Notes: generated from the letters alone by a model not told the origin. DNA of 61,287 bases from an uncultured Thermoanaerobaculia bacterium (GCA_964537405.1 CAZIBS010000002.1:1-61287), one strand, 5' to 3'. Positions 1-9,292 are shown, counted from the first letter of the stretch. Translations and numbers: made by a program.

Positions 1-278
1 CCGCCCCTCCTGAACATGTGGTCTCTTTCGACGTAGACCCTCTTCCAGGCGGTATAGACGGAGGAGAGACCGGCGATCTCATCGGCGATGGGAGTCCCGC
101 CGGCGTCGCACTTGGTCACTTCCACCTGGAAGTTGTTCCCGGAATACCTTGCCGGGATTTCCAGGTAGAGTAAGAGGTAATTGGCGCCGTCGGCCGGGAC
201 GTTGTCCACGCCGGGCCGGAATTTAACCGTCACCGCCCACGGGCCGTTGAGGTTGTTGGAGAGGCCGTAGCCGGTCAT
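1..278 (-). CDS. hypothetical protein, N-terminal part only (runs off left edge)
   Basis: Not in the ORF track because it is truncated. The reverse strand has ATG at 278-276 overlapping the TGA stop of the upstream gene (ATGA). It then reads MTGYGLSNNLNGPWAVTVKFRPGVDNVPADGANYLLLYLEIP... and stays open to position 1. No family recognised. Confidence 0.4.
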   Translation of the reverse strand, partial: MTGYGLSNNLNGPWAVTVKFRPGVDNVPADGANYLLLYLEIPARYSGNNFQVEVTKCDAGGTPIADEIAGLSSVYTAWKRVYVERDHMFRRG

Positions 279-2065
279 GCCCTCGTTGTCGTTGCCTTCG
301 TAGGGCAGGGACCTGCCTGGGTGCAGCTTCCTTGCAAGCATCCCCCGTCGGGCGCGTAAGGCGACAGGTCCGGCGGGTCGATCACCCGGACCTGCTCGTA
401 CATCCCGTACCATCCCCAAATCTTCAACTGGATAATTCGGTCCGCTTTCTGGAACGAACTCGGGTAGGCCACGTTTTGGCCCGAGTTGTTTATCACCACC
501 CGCTGGGGCCAGTGGCGGGACACAAAGTAGCCCCAGTCCGGATCCACCTCGATGCTCCCGTCCGCCAAACCAAAGATATCCGAGCCGTGATAGGCGGGAG
601 CACCGTTGACGGGATTGAGGTTGAAGGCTTCGGCAACACTCCTGTTGTTCGTATAATCCACATAGAAATAACCCGCCGTAGAAATGTCGCGCTCCACGAA
701 CAAACTGTAGGCGATCCCCTGGGTGTACTCGCCAAAATGCGTATTGTACTGATCCGTCGTGTATCTATACCATCCGTACGCCGAGGTGGCGACCACCTGG
801 TGACCCACGTTTACGTCGATTCCGCAGGGGTCGGGAAAGTTCCACGTGTAGTCGCCCCAGTTGTCGATAATTGCGGAGGTGTTGTTCTGAGGAATCCGGA
901 CGAGCTTCCCAGTGCTTGCGTCGGCTATGTACACCGCCGAGCCGTCGGGGTCCACCGCGATTCCTACGGGTAGAATCGACCGGGTAAAGTACGGCTTGTG
1001 GGTGGTGTCCGTGGTGTCGGCGTAGAACGTGACGGCGCCCGAGGTCGCGTCAACCTGGTAAATCTTTCCAACACCAGCGACTCCATTTACCACGAGAATG
1101 CGGCCGGCGGCGGTTACGCGGGAAATGTAGGGCTTCGTATAGGTCGTGATGGACCGGACGATGACGGGATCGTGCTCGAAAATATCGATCTCGTCCACCT
1201 TGCCGTCAGCCGCTACCCAGATATGCCCCGTCTGGGGAGCGTAGGCGCAACCGTGAATGTTCGTGAAGGGTGCGATTCCCCTTGGCTTGAGTTTGACGAA
1301 GGACGTGACTTCGGCGGACGATGCGCGCCCGTGAACGTTTATAAAAGGATAAAAACTGCGGGCGTCATCGGGTATGGTGAAGGTTGCGGTTGTTGCGTAC
1401 CGCGCGCCGGTCGCGGCGTTTGTGTCCGTCGCCCGCACCGGCAGGTCGTACATCTGCACGACGTTCCCCTTTGCGATGGGGTCAAGGTAGTTCGAGGTAA
1501 AGACGACCGGATCGCCCCACCACAGGTTGTTCGTGTTGGGTGAGGGCGCCGCGGGCGCCGGCTCGGGATCGTATCCCGTTCCCTGCACCGCCTGGCTCAC
1601 GGTGGTGCTGTCCGTAACCGTGAAACACTCCAGGGAGGCGGCACCGTCGGCCTGCGTGCTCATCGTCGTTGCGGCCGTCCCCTGCGCCAGGGTTTCGTCC
1701 CCCTGCCGGAAGCCGGGGTCGGTGCTGTAAGACACCGTGTACGGCGAGGTTCCACCGGTCCACGAGAGGTTGATCGTCCAGCCGGAGCCGTTGGCCGTCC
1801 TGGTCACCGTCAGGCCAGTCGGGTCCGTAGCATAGGGAGAAGGAAAAATCTCCCCGTAAGAAGCGGGCGCGCGGCTTTCCGTCGGCGCGGCCGGCGATGC
1901 CCCGGGTGCGATGGACGAACCTTTCGCGCCACCCGCATCCATGACCCTGGCGTGAATCGTCCCCCCCAACGCGGCGGAAAAGGAAAGCGGAACGCGCCCG
2001 CGCGCGCTTTGCGCCGAAACGTTCACCAGGCCGCTCACCGCCACGAGGAGCGCGACAAGAACCAC
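275..2065 (-). CDS. secreted repeat protein, possibly beta-propeller-like; function unknown
   Basis: 596-aa ORF with a GTG start. The hydrophobic N-terminus (VLVALLVAVSGLVNVSAQ) resembles a signal peptide. The C-terminal two thirds contain repeated short strand-like motifs (e.g. YIADASTGKLVRI, VAADGKVDEIDI). No upstream in-frame start exists before a stop. Confidence 0.6.
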   Translation of the reverse strand: MVLVALLVAVSGLVNVSAQSARGRVPLSFSAALGGTIHARVMDAGGAKGSSIAPGASPAAPTESRAPASYGEIFPSPYATDPTGLTVTRTANGSGWTINLSWTGGTSPYTVSYSTDPGFRQGDETLAQGTAATTMSTQADGAASLECFTVTDSTTVSQAVQGTGYDPEPAPAAPSPNTNNLWWGDPVVFTSNYLDPIAKGNVVQMYDLPVRATDTNAATGARYATTATFTIPDDARSFYPFINVHGRASSAEVTSFVKLKPRGIAPFTNIHGCAYAPQTGHIWVAADGKVDEIDIFEHDPVIVRSITTYTKPYISRVTAAGRILVVNGVAGVGKIYQVDATSGAVTFYADTTDTTHKPYFTRSILPVGIAVDPDGSAVYIADASTGKLVRIPQNNTSAIIDNWGDYTWNFPDPCGIDVNVGHQVVATSAYGWYRYTTDQYNTHFGEYTQGIAYSLFVERDISTAGYFYVDYTNNRSVAEAFNLNPVNGAPAYHGSDIFGLADGSIEVDPDWGYFVSRHWPQRVVINNSGQNVAYPSSFQKADRIIQLKIWGWYGMYEQVRVIDPPDLSPYAPDGGCLQGSCTQAGPCPTKATTTRA

Positions 2066-2352
2066 GCCCCGTGTAAAAGCACTTTCTTCGCAAACAACCG
2101 AGCGTGCATCGTTTTTCGCCTCCCTCTCTTATCGTAACCTTAACCTATGCCCGACGAGCGAGCATGTCAAATAGCCGCCGCCTTCGGTTTCGCGCAATGA
2201 CCTCCTATGTGCCATTAACAAACACCCGAAGAGTCCTCCCTTAGCCGCATCCTCAACGTAGGCCGCGAAGAGTTCGATGTCAAGCCTCCGGTTGCCGTTC
2301 CTCCGACAATATGGGTCCCGCGCCGCGCCGTGTCAAGGTGCGTCTATTCCCC

Positions 2353-2475
2353 AAATTCCGCGATTGAAACGCCCGCTTGGCAAGGCCCGACGACGCTGTC
2401 GTAGCAACGCTACAACAACGATAAGCGCACACGCAGGAACGCGCGCCCGGTCCTCGGTTAGATGGCGGATTCAGG
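2353..2475 (+). repeat. diverged member of the dispersed intergenic element family (5' TTCC-N5-TGAAAC motif, GTAGC-AAC-GCTAC hairpin, 3' end related to the 177-nt elements)
   Basis: The 3' 27 nt (GGTCCTCGGTTAGATGGCGGATTCAGG) match the reverse-strand end of the 177-nt elements at 22 of 27 positions. It contains the exact 15-mer TAGATGGCGGATTCA (2459-2473), also found at 31994-32008 (-) and 61004-61018 (+). The 5' AAATTCCGCGATTGAAACGCC recurs at 12766, 29318 (-) and 54630. Confidence 0.45.
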
Positions 2476-2547
2476 ACCCTTTGCCTGCTTGACTCCACGG
2501 ACTTTTGCTTATAAACTATCCAACGTCCGACAGTCGTGTCGCTGGAG

Positions 2548-2563
2548 TGGCTGGTTTATTGCA
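2548..2563 (+). promoter_or_regulatory. sigma-54 (-24/-12) promoter candidate
   Basis: TGGCTGGTTTATTGCA has GG and GC separated by exactly 10 nt, with TGGC at -24 and TTGCA at -12. It lies 57 nt upstream of the ATG at 2620. Confidence 0.55.
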
Positions 2564-2619
2564 AAACCCTTGGCCTCAAAGGATTGCGTGATTCAGGCAA
2601 ATAGATAAGGAGAGATTCC

Positions 2620-3558
2620 ATGAAAAAGATGGTCGTTTTAGTGTTGGCTGTTCTACTGGCGGGAATTGCCGTTTTCGCAACGGGGATCCGCTACAGCGGT
2701 AACTTGAAGATAGAGCCGCCGGCCTCCCAGCGCGCTCGGATGAAACAGATGCCGGCCGAAGAAAAAGCGATGATGCGCTCCATGGGTATAAACCTCTATT
2801 CCATGAAAGGGTACAGCTTTGAGGCAATGGCCGACGGCGGTCACTTCAAGATGGTTTACACCTCTTCGTTCGCTATCTTCAAGAAGGGTTCTTACGTGCT
2901 GGGAGACAGCGGGCGCAAGGTCGCCTACATCGTCTTTCCCGACCGGAAGCGCTACGTCAAGCTCGACCTGAATAACCTGCAGAAAACCGTTTCCGGCATT
3001 GCCCATAAAACAAGAATGACCTATTCAAATCTCAAGATGGAGGTGGTCCCCCTAGCCCCGAAGGTCATCTCAGGAATACCATGCACTGGAAAGCGGATTG
3101 CGGTCTCCTACGACGTTTCCACTTCGATAATGGGATTCCACCACAGGAGCCGCGAGAAGAAGGTAACGGACTACTACACCACCTCGGAATACGACGCGAT
3201 GAAACTCTTCGGCGGGCACAACTGGCATACCAAGGTGTTCGCGGTCGGCTACGCGCCCTTCGATAAGGTGATTGCAAGCAAAGTCGGTTTTCTCGGGTTC
3301 TCCATCATGGCGAAAACGAGATCCTACAGCAACGGGAAGGACAACGGAACCATGACGCTTACAATTTTAAACGTACGGCCTAGCGTGATTTCCCCTTCGA
3401 CCTTCCATCTTCCGTCGGGTTACACGCAGACCACTATCGGGGCAATGTTGCAGGGAAGCTTCCGGGGAAGGCAAGCGCCCGGCGGAACTGCTCAGGCGGT
3501 GAAAAAAAAGAAGAAGAGGCCTTCACTGAAAGACATCCTCTCCGGCTTCAACGAATAA
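2620..3558 (+). CDS. hypothetical secreted protein
   Basis: 312-aa ORF with a GGAGAG Shine-Dalgarno upstream. It has an N-terminal signal peptide (MKKMVVLVLAVLLAGIAVFATG) and a lysine-rich tail (KKKKKR). No family recognised. Confidence 0.7.
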   Translation: MKKMVVLVLAVLLAGIAVFATGIRYSGNLKIEPPASQRARMKQMPAEEKAMMRSMGINLYSMKGYSFEAMADGGHFKMVYTSSFAIFKKGSYVLGDSGRKVAYIVFPDRKRYVKLDLNNLQKTVSGIAHKTRMTYSNLKMEVVPLAPKVISGIPCTGKRIAVSYDVSTSIMGFHHRSREKKVTDYYTTSEYDAMKLFGGHNWHTKVFAVGYAPFDKVIASKVGFLGFSIMAKTRSYSNGKDNGTMTLTILNVRPSVISPSTFHLPSGYTQTTIGAMLQGSFRGRQAPGGTAQAVKKKKKRPSLKDILSGFNE

Positions 3559-3638
3559 CGGAAGGCCGGGGCGGCCCTCCCCGGCTGCGGGGATAGTGAA
3601 GTAGCGAAGCTTGACCCGCTGGGTTCCAGGGAGTTGTC

Positions 3639-6600
3639 ATGAAAAAAATAGTCGCCGTTCTACTGCTGATTGTTGGAATGGGGACCGTACTTTTTGCTTC
3701 CGGAAAAGCGCGTTCCGGCCTTCCTGCGCGCTACCGGCTTCAAAGAGCCGTAGCCAAGGGAGAACTCCGGAAGGTCGAGAATCTGCTGGCCTTGAATCCC
3801 GGCCTGGACGTGTCCGGGTTTCACCCGCCACCGACGATGGTGGCGGCCAGGCGGGGAGATATTGCCATCCTTAACGCGCTGGTCTCCTTTGGCTTTGACC
3901 CTCTCGAAAAGGGAATGCTCAGGATCGGGAAAAACGCCTTCTACGGCACGGCTCTCTGCGCGGCTGCGGGGGAAGGTCACCTCGACGTCGTAAAGTACCT
4001 GGTTGAAGGCTGCAATGCCTCCGTGGATGGACAGGAGTTGATGCCCGACGGCAGGCAGGACGGCTGGACCCCGCTGGAATGGGCGGCCTTCAACGGAAAG
4101 TTGGAGGTGTGTAGGTACCTTCTGAAAACCGGCGCGAGCGTTTCCGTGAAAGACGTGGATGGGCGTACGGCGCTATACGTCGCGGCTGGGAGCGGCAGGC
4201 TTGATGTTGCGCGACTGCTCCTGACCGTCGGCGCGGATGCAGCCGCCAAAGACGTGAACGAAAACACGCCGCTCCAGATGGCGGCATTTAGCGGTTCCGT
4301 CGGCCTCTGCCGCCTTTTACTATCGAAAGCACCGGGGGCCTTGAACGCCGCCGGTAAAAATGGACTGACGCCGCTACACTATGGTGCGGGCGCCGGGAAG
4401 ACGGATGTGTGCGAAGCCTTGCTGGCCGCGGGAGCCAAAGTCAACGCAAGAGACAAGCAAAATCGGACCCCCCTGTATCTGGCCGCCACCGGCGGTTACC
4501 TGGAAACATGCCAAGTGCTCGTAAAACACGGGGCGGACGTCATGGCGGCCTCCGGGTTGGGCCTGACGCCGCTTCACCGGGCCGCGATTTCAGGGAACGG
4601 CGCCCTCTGCGAGTTCCTTCTTACCAAGGGGGCGGATATCAAGGCCAAGAGCAGGTACGGCTATACCCCGCTGGACCTGGCCGCACGGCAGAATAAAACG
4701 GGGGCTCTACGGGTTCTGCTGGTTCACGGTGCGAATGTAAAAGCCACGTCCAGAGAGGGGTTTACTCCTCTTCACGTCGCTATCATGAACAGACATTCGG
4801 CGGAGGCGCGGATGCTGCTTCAGTGGGGCGCCGATCCGAACGCGCGCGACTGGGACGGCTGGACGCCGCTTCACTGGGCCTGCGCACTCTTTAGTGCCAA
4901 ACAGAGCTTTGCTTTCGCAAAGGAGGCAAAAAAGGCTGAGAAAAAGGCCCCGGAGGAGGGAATGGTCCGGGTCCTCATTGCGGCCGGAGCAAAGGTCAAC
5001 GCCGTAACCAATTCGGGTGATACGCCACTGATCCTCGCCGCGTCCTCCGGCGACGAAGAGGGCGTAAGGGTGCTCCTGAAGACCGGTGCCGATCCCAACG
5101 CGGCGAATTCGAGGGGGCGGACGCCGCTTGATATGGCTTACCGTCTTAGGTTCGGAGGCGGCCCTATAGCGAAGATGTTGAAGGATGCCGGCGCCGTTGA
5201 AGTCAGGCCCAGCCTGGCAACGCTGGACAAAAAGCTTTTCAGGGCGATGCAGATGGGGGATCAGGCGGCCTTCGCGGCGGCCCTCGCCGATGGCGCCGAT
5301 CCAAACTCGGAGTACTGGGGAATAAGGGCCCTTAACGAGGCGGTATCATGTGAATCGACCGAAATGAGGCTGCCTGTCTCTGAGCGTAGAAACCGCGATT
5401 TTGTGGACCCGTTACTGGCCGCCGGCGCCGACGTCGACGCCGGTGGCGCGATTGGAAATCCTCCCCTGGAGAATGCGGCGCGGTACGGCAATGTTGCTCT
5501 CGTCAAACTCTTCATCAGGAAAGAGGCCAAGCTCGAAGCGAAAGGCGAGGATGGAGACACTGCCCTATACTCGGCCGCGGCAAGGGGCCACGTAGCCGTT
5601 GTCGGGCTTCTCGCGGAGGCGGGAGCGGACGCCGATGCCAAAGGCGCTCTGGGTTCTACTCCGTTGATGGCTGCGGCCGCCTCCGGTTCGGTGGATACGG
5701 TGAAGTACCTTCTTGACCACGGGGCGGATGTCAATAGCAAGGCATCTTTCGGGTGGTCCGCACTACACGTGGGTGTTTTAGTGCATTCCAGGGCGATTGT
5801 AAGGCTGTTGCTCGACAGGGGCGCGGATCCGGAGGCCATGGCCTCAGGCGGGGCCACTCCGCTTGATTTGGCGGTTTTTTCCGGCGACAATGCCGACGAG
5901 AAACTGCTGCGCGCCAGGGGGGCGCACACGCTTCACAAGGCGAGCATAAACCTCTCCCAGGCCATACGGGAAGGGGACGAAGACAAGCTCAAACGGGCAC
6001 TGGATAACGGCGCTTCCGTGAACCTTGGCGTAATTCCGTTTGTTCCACCGGTCTTCTTGGCAGCCAATGAGGATAAGTGGAAGATGACGGCGGACCTTCT
6101 CCGGAGCGGCGCGGATCCCAATTCGCTGGATTGGCAAAGATCGCCGCTGCTCTTTACACTCGTGCGGTTGAATGCACCGAGGAACCTCCTGGAAATTTGC
6201 CTGGATAAGGGCGCCGACGTAAACACCGGGAACAAAAATGGTTCGACCGTGCTGCTTGAAGCGATCCGGATGGGGCGGCGCGACCTCGTAGAGTTCTTTA
6301 TCCGCGCCGGGGCCGACCTGCTCGTCCGCGATAAGAAGGGACGCTCGGTTCTCGGCCAAAGCTATTACGGCGGTGGATTCGACGCCTCTTTCATCTCTTA
6401 TCTTCTGGACAAGGGCGCCGACATGGAGAACCGCGACAAAGAGGGCAGAACTCCGCTCATCAACTTTACAACCAAAGAGCGCGCCGATCTGCTGAAAGTG
6501 CTCATTGAACGGGGAGCCAACCTGAACGCCGCTGACAATGACGGAAATACGGCTCTTCACTTCGCCGCCCGCGAAGGTTGGCAGGATGGCGTAATGATGC

Positions 6601-6734
6601 TTCTCGAAGCGGGCGCCGATGCCTCACTCAAGAACAAGGACGGGTTGAGCCCTATCGGAGAAGCCTTCGATAGTGGTAAGAGGCGAATCGCCGACCTCAT
6701 CCGCCTCTACAAACTGGTTCCACGGCCCGGGTAG
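3639..6734 (+). CDS. ankyrin-repeat protein with N-terminal signal peptide (1031 aa)
   Basis: Signal-like N-terminus MKKIVAVLLLIVGMGTVLFASG. The ~33-aa ankyrin consensus (G.TPLH.AA..G....V..LL..GAD.NA.D) is repeated along almost the whole length, with more than 20 units by eye. Confidence 0.9.
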   Translation: MKKIVAVLLLIVGMGTVLFASGKARSGLPARYRLQRAVAKGELRKVENLLALNPGLDVSGFHPPPTMVAARRGDIAILNALVSFGFDPLEKGMLRIGKNAFYGTALCAAAGEGHLDVVKYLVEGCNASVDGQELMPDGRQDGWTPLEWAAFNGKLEVCRYLLKTGASVSVKDVDGRTALYVAAGSGRLDVARLLLTVGADAAAKDVNENTPLQMAAFSGSVGLCRLLLSKAPGALNAAGKNGLTPLHYGAGAGKTDVCEALLAAGAKVNARDKQNRTPLYLAATGGYLETCQVLVKHGADVMAASGLGLTPLHRAAISGNGALCEFLLTKGADIKAKSRYGYTPLDLAARQNKTGALRVLLVHGANVKATSREGFTPLHVAIMNRHSAEARMLLQWGADPNARDWDGWTPLHWACALFSAKQSFAFAKEAKKAEKKAPEEGMVRVLIAAGAKVNAVTNSGDTPLILAASSGDEEGVRVLLKTGADPNAANSRGRTPLDMAYRLRFGGGPIAKMLKDAGAVEVRPSLATLDKKLFRAMQMGDQAAFAAALADGADPNSEYWGIRALNEAVSCESTEMRLPVSERRNRDFVDPLLAAGADVDAGGAIGNPPLENAARYGNVALVKLFIRKEAKLEAKGEDGDTALYSAAARGHVAVVGLLAEAGADADAKGALGSTPLMAAAASGSVDTVKYLLDHGADVNSKASFGWSALHVGVLVHSRAIVRLLLDRGADPEAMASGGATPLDLAVFSGDNADEKLLRARGAHTLHKASINLSQAIREGDEDKLKRALDNGASVNLGVIPFVPPVFLAANEDKWKMTADLLRSGADPNSLDWQRSPLLFTLVRLNAPRNLLEICLDKGADVNTGNKNGSTVLLEAIRMGRRDLVEFFIRAGADLLVRDKKGRSVLGQSYYGGGFDASFISYLLDKGADMENRDKEGRTPLINFTTKERADLLKVLIERGANLNAADNDGNTALHFAAREGWQDGVMMLLEAGADASLKNKDGLSPIGEAFDSGKRRIADLIRLYKLVPRPG

Positions 6735-6822
6735 CCAAAAGTAGCGTTTGAAAATTAGCGAGTCGTGGCGCGGTGAAGACAGGCCTACCCTGAACAACGG
6801 CTCCGGTTCTCTGCTCCGCCCA

Positions 6823-7410
6823 CTAAATCAACCCGGGGATGAACCGCTTGGTGCGAGCGCGGTAGGCCGCGTACTCGGAACCCAGCGCGGTGAGCAATGC
6901 CCGTTCTTCTTTCACGACGCGGTTGATCACTGCGAGGGTGATGGGAATGAGCAGGCCCAAAATGCTTAGCCAGTTGGCAAAGAACACGCCCAAACCCAGG
7001 AAGGCGAGGAGGAGACCGGTGTAGGACGGGTGGCGAATGAAGCGGTAGGGACCGGCCTGAACAACGACATGGTCGGAGCTGATCGCAACGTTGACCGTGA
7101 AAAGCCGGCCGAGCGTGAGGATGGCTGCCCAACGCAAGGCGAGGCCGCCCAACAATAGACTAAGCGCCAGAAAGCGGTGCAGGTCCGGCGGCCCCGGAAG
7201 ACGCATCGACGGAACCCACCGGGAAGCTATGGCCAGGCCAAGCCCGAATGCAATGCTGAGCCAGAGCAGGCGCAATGAGCCCCGGTCTTTACTTTGTGCG
7301 GCTCGAACCCCGGACCGCTTCGCAACGCTAAGCGCAATCTCCGAGATGAGAAAAAGTGCTATTACAACTTCGAGAACAACTTGGAGCCACATGTGCTTTG
7401 TTCTCCTCAA
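6823..7410 (-). CDS. isoprenylcysteine carboxyl methyltransferase (ICMT)/phospholipid methyltransferase family membrane protein
   Basis: 195 aa and multi-pass hydrophobic. The C-terminal motif GPYRFIRHPSYTGLLLAFLGLGVFF is typical of the ICMT family. Confidence 0.8.
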   Translation of the reverse strand: MRRTKHMWLQVVLEVVIALFLISEIALSVAKRSGVRAAQSKDRGSLRLLWLSIAFGLGLAIASRWVPSMRLPGPPDLHRFLALSLLLGGLALRWAAILTLGRLFTVNVAISSDHVVVQAGPYRFIRHPSYTGLLLAFLGLGVFFANWLSILGLLIPITLAVINRVVKEERALLTALGSEYAAYRARTKRFIPGLI

Positions 7411-7444
7411 CGAATTCGTGCCGAGGCGGAGCGCCTTTACTTCT

Positions 7445-8494
7445 TCATCCCTCCCGGTTGGCTTGGGGCTCCTTGACGACCTCGGCCGGCGTGGCCGCAG
7501 TATGGTGGAGGCCGGCGATGCCCTCGATGGCGCGGGCGGCGACGGACTGGGAACGAGTCGCGCTCTCCTTGAGGTCGCTCTCGAGAGCCTTGATGCGCGT
7601 TATTTGCTCCTTCACCTTCTCCTGGAGACCGGTCACGGTGAGGCGCATCACCTCTCGCTCGCGCTCCATATCCTTTTCCAGCAGGAGCCTTTCCAGTTTG
7701 AACCGCTCCTCGGTGGCCTTGACGCCTGATTTGGAGGCGGCGCGGACCTCCTCTTCGAGCTGGGATGGAAACACCTCCACGCGCCTGTGAAGGTCGGCGA
7801 GTTCCTGTTCCCGGGTTGCGAGAATCTCTTCGCGGGCGTTTGCGTCCGCCTCGCGGGAAGCAAGTTCCTCCTCCAGCTTCCGGCGGCGCTCTTCGCGCTC
7901 CGCTTCGAAGGCGTCCTTCTCCCGCTGACGGCGCTGCTTGCGTTGGTACTGGTAATCCTCCTCCTCCCGGGCGCGCTCCTTCTTCTCCAGTGCATCGCGT
8001 TCCTTGAGGGCAATCTCGTGCTCCTTCTTGTCCTTATCCCACCGGATCCGCGTCTCCGCAACGGCGGTTTCAAAAGATGCCTGCTCTCCGGCCATGGTCA
8101 GGCGCAGCTCTTCCAGCTTGCCGGCGGCTGCTTCAATATCGTGCAGCTCGCCAAGGCGCGCTTCCTGCTCTGCCACGGCATCCTTCAGCACCTTGAGTTT
8201 AGCGGCCTCCCCCGTGAGGTGCTGCTCCAGCTCGGCCAAGTGCTTGCCGATGGACAGCCTGAGCGAGGAGAGTTCCATTACAATGGCGTCCAGGCTGAGC
8301 TCCTCCACCTCTTTTCTCGTCTCCGGCTTCATGGCGGGCCTGTTCTCCTCGGCAAAGAATAACGCGTCTTGAGGTTTGGCTGACTTCGCTGCGGCTGCTT
8401 GCGCCAGCCGCTGGTAGGCGGCAAGGATATCAGCTTTAGTGTTGCGTTCGGTAACCTCCGCTTCAGGCGGCGTGCTCTTTGTTTTTTTAGCCAT
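7445..8494 (-). CDS. coiled-coil protein, function unknown
   Basis: E/R/K/A/L-rich heptad-like sequence throughout. I chose the ATG at 8494, which is preceded by AAGGAGGAGCC, rather than the longer ORF start at 8515. Confidence 0.7.
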   Translation of the reverse strand: MAKKTKSTPPEAEVTERNTKADILAAYQRLAQAAAAKSAKPQDALFFAEENRPAMKPETRKEVEELSLDAIVMELSSLRLSIGKHLAELEQHLTGEAAKLKVLKDAVAEQEARLGELHDIEAAAGKLEELRLTMAGEQASFETAVAETRIRWDKDKKEHEIALKERDALEKKERAREEEDYQYQRKQRRQREKDAFEAEREERRRKLEEELASREADANAREEILATREQELADLHRRVEVFPSQLEEEVRAASKSGVKATEERFKLERLLLEKDMEREREVMRLTVTGLQEKVKEQITRIKALESDLKESATRSQSVAARAIEGIAGLHHTAATPAEVVKEPQANREG

Positions 8495-8626
8495 GGCTCC
8501 TCCTTGGTTTTCCACCGTTGGAAGTGTAGCGCAATCGGTACGAAAAAAGAAGCTTTAGACGGTGGTTTCAGGGTTTACGGGTACACTTCCCCGGCCAACG
8601 GTGATATAATTGTTATTGGGGGTGCT

Positions 8627-9292
8627 ATGGTAAAGGTAATTATCTGTAGCGAAGAGGAAAACGGCCCTCTGGAGCATCCCCTGCTTCGGAGAGAAAACGT
8701 TGAATTGCTGCGTTTTAAAGACACCGCGAAGGCTTTCATCAAGCTGATGGATTCCCCCTTTGACATCTTTATCTGGGAGCAGACCCTGGAAACCGAAGAG
8801 GCCCTGGTTTTCCTGGACCACATCCAGAAAGCGGCCAAGGATACCCGCTTGAAGGTAATCTGCTGCTGGAAGGGGCCGATTCCGAACAAGCTTCCCCCGG
8901 TCGTTTGCAGGTCTTTCAGCTTTCCACCCGACGAAAAGGATTACGGCGAATGGCTCTCTAACTGTCTTAATGCTCCAGCGCGCAAGGCAAGACGCGTACT
9001 TATCCGGGTTCGCCTCCTGGTAGAGCATACCGGCGCCGGAACCCTCTGTTCGACGATAAACGTGAGCAGGGAAGGATTGCTCATAGAGTCCAACAAATCC
9101 CTGCGGATTGGAGGGATCTACATTATCACCTTCCTCGGTCTTGGGGGCAAGCCCCTTCAACCCTTCAAGACGCGCATCATCCGGAGGGATGCTCCTCCGC
9201 GCGGAAAGTTGTCCCTCCATTACTACGCCGGGACCTTCGAGGATGTGCCCGAAAACCAGAGGGACGCCCTTGAAGAAGCGTTGAAGCTGTAG
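8627..9292 (+). CDS. PilZ-domain c-di-GMP receptor with receiver-like N-terminal domain
   Basis: The PilZ signatures RRVLIR (RxxxR) and NVSREG (D/NxSxxG) are present. I chose the ATG at 8627 (GGGGGTG 4 nt upstream). The track's earlier start at 8399 overlaps the divergent gene. Confidence 0.8.
   Translation: MVKVIICSEEENGPLEHPLLRRENVELLRFKDTAKAFIKLMDSPFDIFIWEQTLETEEALVFLDHIQKAAKDTRLKVICCWKGPIPNKLPPVVCRSFSFPPDEKDYGEWLSNCLNAPARKARRVLIRVRLLVEHTGAGTLCSTINVSREGLLIESNKSLRIGGIYIITFLGLGGKPLQPFKTRIIRRDAPPRGKLSLHYYAGTFEDVPENQRDALEEALKL

Noticed and set aside
2353-2373. Possible orphan CRISPR repeats, because CGCGATTGAAAC resembles the ATTGAAAC 3' end of many CRISPR repeats
   Set aside because: The four occurrences (2353, 12766, 29318, 54630) are single copies 10-25 kb apart. 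They have no regular spacing, no spacers and no cas genes, so this is not an array.
8399-8626. Upstream extension of the PilZ ORF starting at 8399
   Set aside because: It overlaps the 5' end of the divergent coiled-coil gene and reads as low-quality sequence. The ATG at 8627 has a G-rich ribosome-binding site and begins a receiver-like fold.
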